Assembly: GCA_033762835.1 (NCBI GenBank)
Contig: JANRLG010000305.1
Span: 23,508-87,507 of the forward strand
DNA from: Thermoanaerobaculia bacterium
GTDB lineage: Bacteria > Acidobacteriota > Thermoanaerobaculia > Multivoradales > DATKCC01
Reading direction: 5' to 3'
Length of the DNA: 64,000 nt
In this document: piece by piece, positions 63,521 through 64,000 of the stretch
Position numbering within the stretch: the stretch's first letter is position 1
Layout of the letters: the number at the start of each line of letters is the position of its first letter
Made by a program: the position numbers and the translations under genes
The notes under the pieces: model-generated
The model's database searches: none
What the model was told of the DNA's origin: nothing
The model's input: the letters and a program-made list of their open reading frames with translations, nothing else

Positions 63521-64000
63521 AGCGAGCTTTCCTCGGACTCTTGCTCCTGGCCGCTCCGGCGCGCGCGGCGGAGCCCGCGAAAACTCTCGCCCTGCGGCCC
63601 GCGAACGGCGAAATCGAAGCCCGTCTCCAGGCGTCCCGCTGGCCGGGTTTCGTTCGGGAGCGTTTGGCGGCCCAAGGTTGGCGGCTCGAAATCGGGCCGC
63701 GCGGCGAGCGACCCGCGGACGTCGAGGTCGAAGTCGCCACGCTCCCGGCACCGAGCGGCCTGGCCGCGTTGGCGGCAGGGTTGCCCGTGGAACTCGGCGG
63801 TGCGCGGGTGACCTTCGCCGGCCGGCCCTACCCCAAGGCCGGGACCGTGGCGGCCTTCCGCTTGCCGCGGCCGGTTTGCCCCGCGTGTCAGCGGTGGTTG
63901 GTGGTGGGAGATGATCCCGAGGAACTGGCCGACTTCGCCTTCGAGACCGCCTTGCGGGGTGCCGGCTTGCAGCGCCGCCGTTCGAGTTCGCCGCCGCCGG
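63517..64000 (+). CDS. secreted hypothetical protein (3' partial at window edge)
   Basis: GTG start overlapping the previous stop (GTGA). Signal peptide 'VKRAFLGLLLLAAPARAAEP'. Confidence 0.3.
   Translation, partial: MKRAFLGLLLLAAPARAAEPAKTLALRPANGEIEARLQASRWPGFVRERLAAQGWRLEIGPRGERPADVEVEVATLPAPSGLAALAAGLPVELGGARVTFAGRPYPKAGTVAAFRLPRPVCPACQRWLVVGDDPEELADFAFETALRGAGLQRRRSSSPPP

Noticed and set aside
58744-63751. Minus-strand ORFs 58744..60045, 60978..61814 and 62012..63751
   Set aside because: Shadow frames opposite dsbD, the P-domain protein and the HExxH protein. Arg/Gly-rich.
1-64000. CRISPR arrays, rRNA, tRNA genes or transposases
   Set aside because: No direct-repeat/spacer periodicity, no rRNA-like conserved blocks and no cloverleaf candidates were recognised by eye. 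No transposase or integrase motifs were seen in any ORF. tRNA absence is not rigorous without a scan.

Overview
High-GC (~68-70%) bacterial chromosomal segment with tightly packed genes, many overlapping by 1-8 nt, and many secreted or repeat proteins. The Acidobacteria-like features (TonB-dependent receptor with an N-terminal extension, PEP-CTERM-like tail) are an impression only. No rRNA, tRNA, CRISPR array or transposase was recognised.

Housekeeping genes recognised: sucCD, ndk, bcp, moaB, ileS, a phosphomannomutase, a TrmH-family methyltransferase, an acyl-CoA ligase, topoisomerase B subunit, an RRM protein, an AmiC-like amidase, an aspartate aminotransferase and dsbD.

Main points of interest:
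- A minus-strand gene string (38.4-47.8 kb): ECF sigma factor, then a duplicated anti-sigma-like protein, then a signal-peptide TPR-CHAT protease, then a small basic ORF, then two caspase-like (clan CD) proteins. The TPR-CHAT gene and part of the anti-sigma gene sit in a distinctly lower-GC block, suggesting foreign origin.
- A DUF853/YjgR-like P-loop ATPase with a coiled-coil tail, preceded by a perfect 10-bp inverted repeat and followed by two tandem secreted paralogues of an unrecognised family.
- A large LVIVD/PKD-repeat secreted protein followed by three coupled pseudopilin-like genes.
- Two tandem paralogous large secreted proteins, one with a poly-Pro linker and a TonB-plug-like C-terminus, wedged between a vapBC module and moaB.
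- A seven-repeat Cys-containing beta-propeller-like (tectonin-flavoured) protein.
- An amidase translationally coupled to a divergent MreB-like actin homologue.
- Four PIN/VapC-type toxin-antitoxin loci, one degraded.

All family calls rest on motif recognition from the translated ORFs; no database search was possible.
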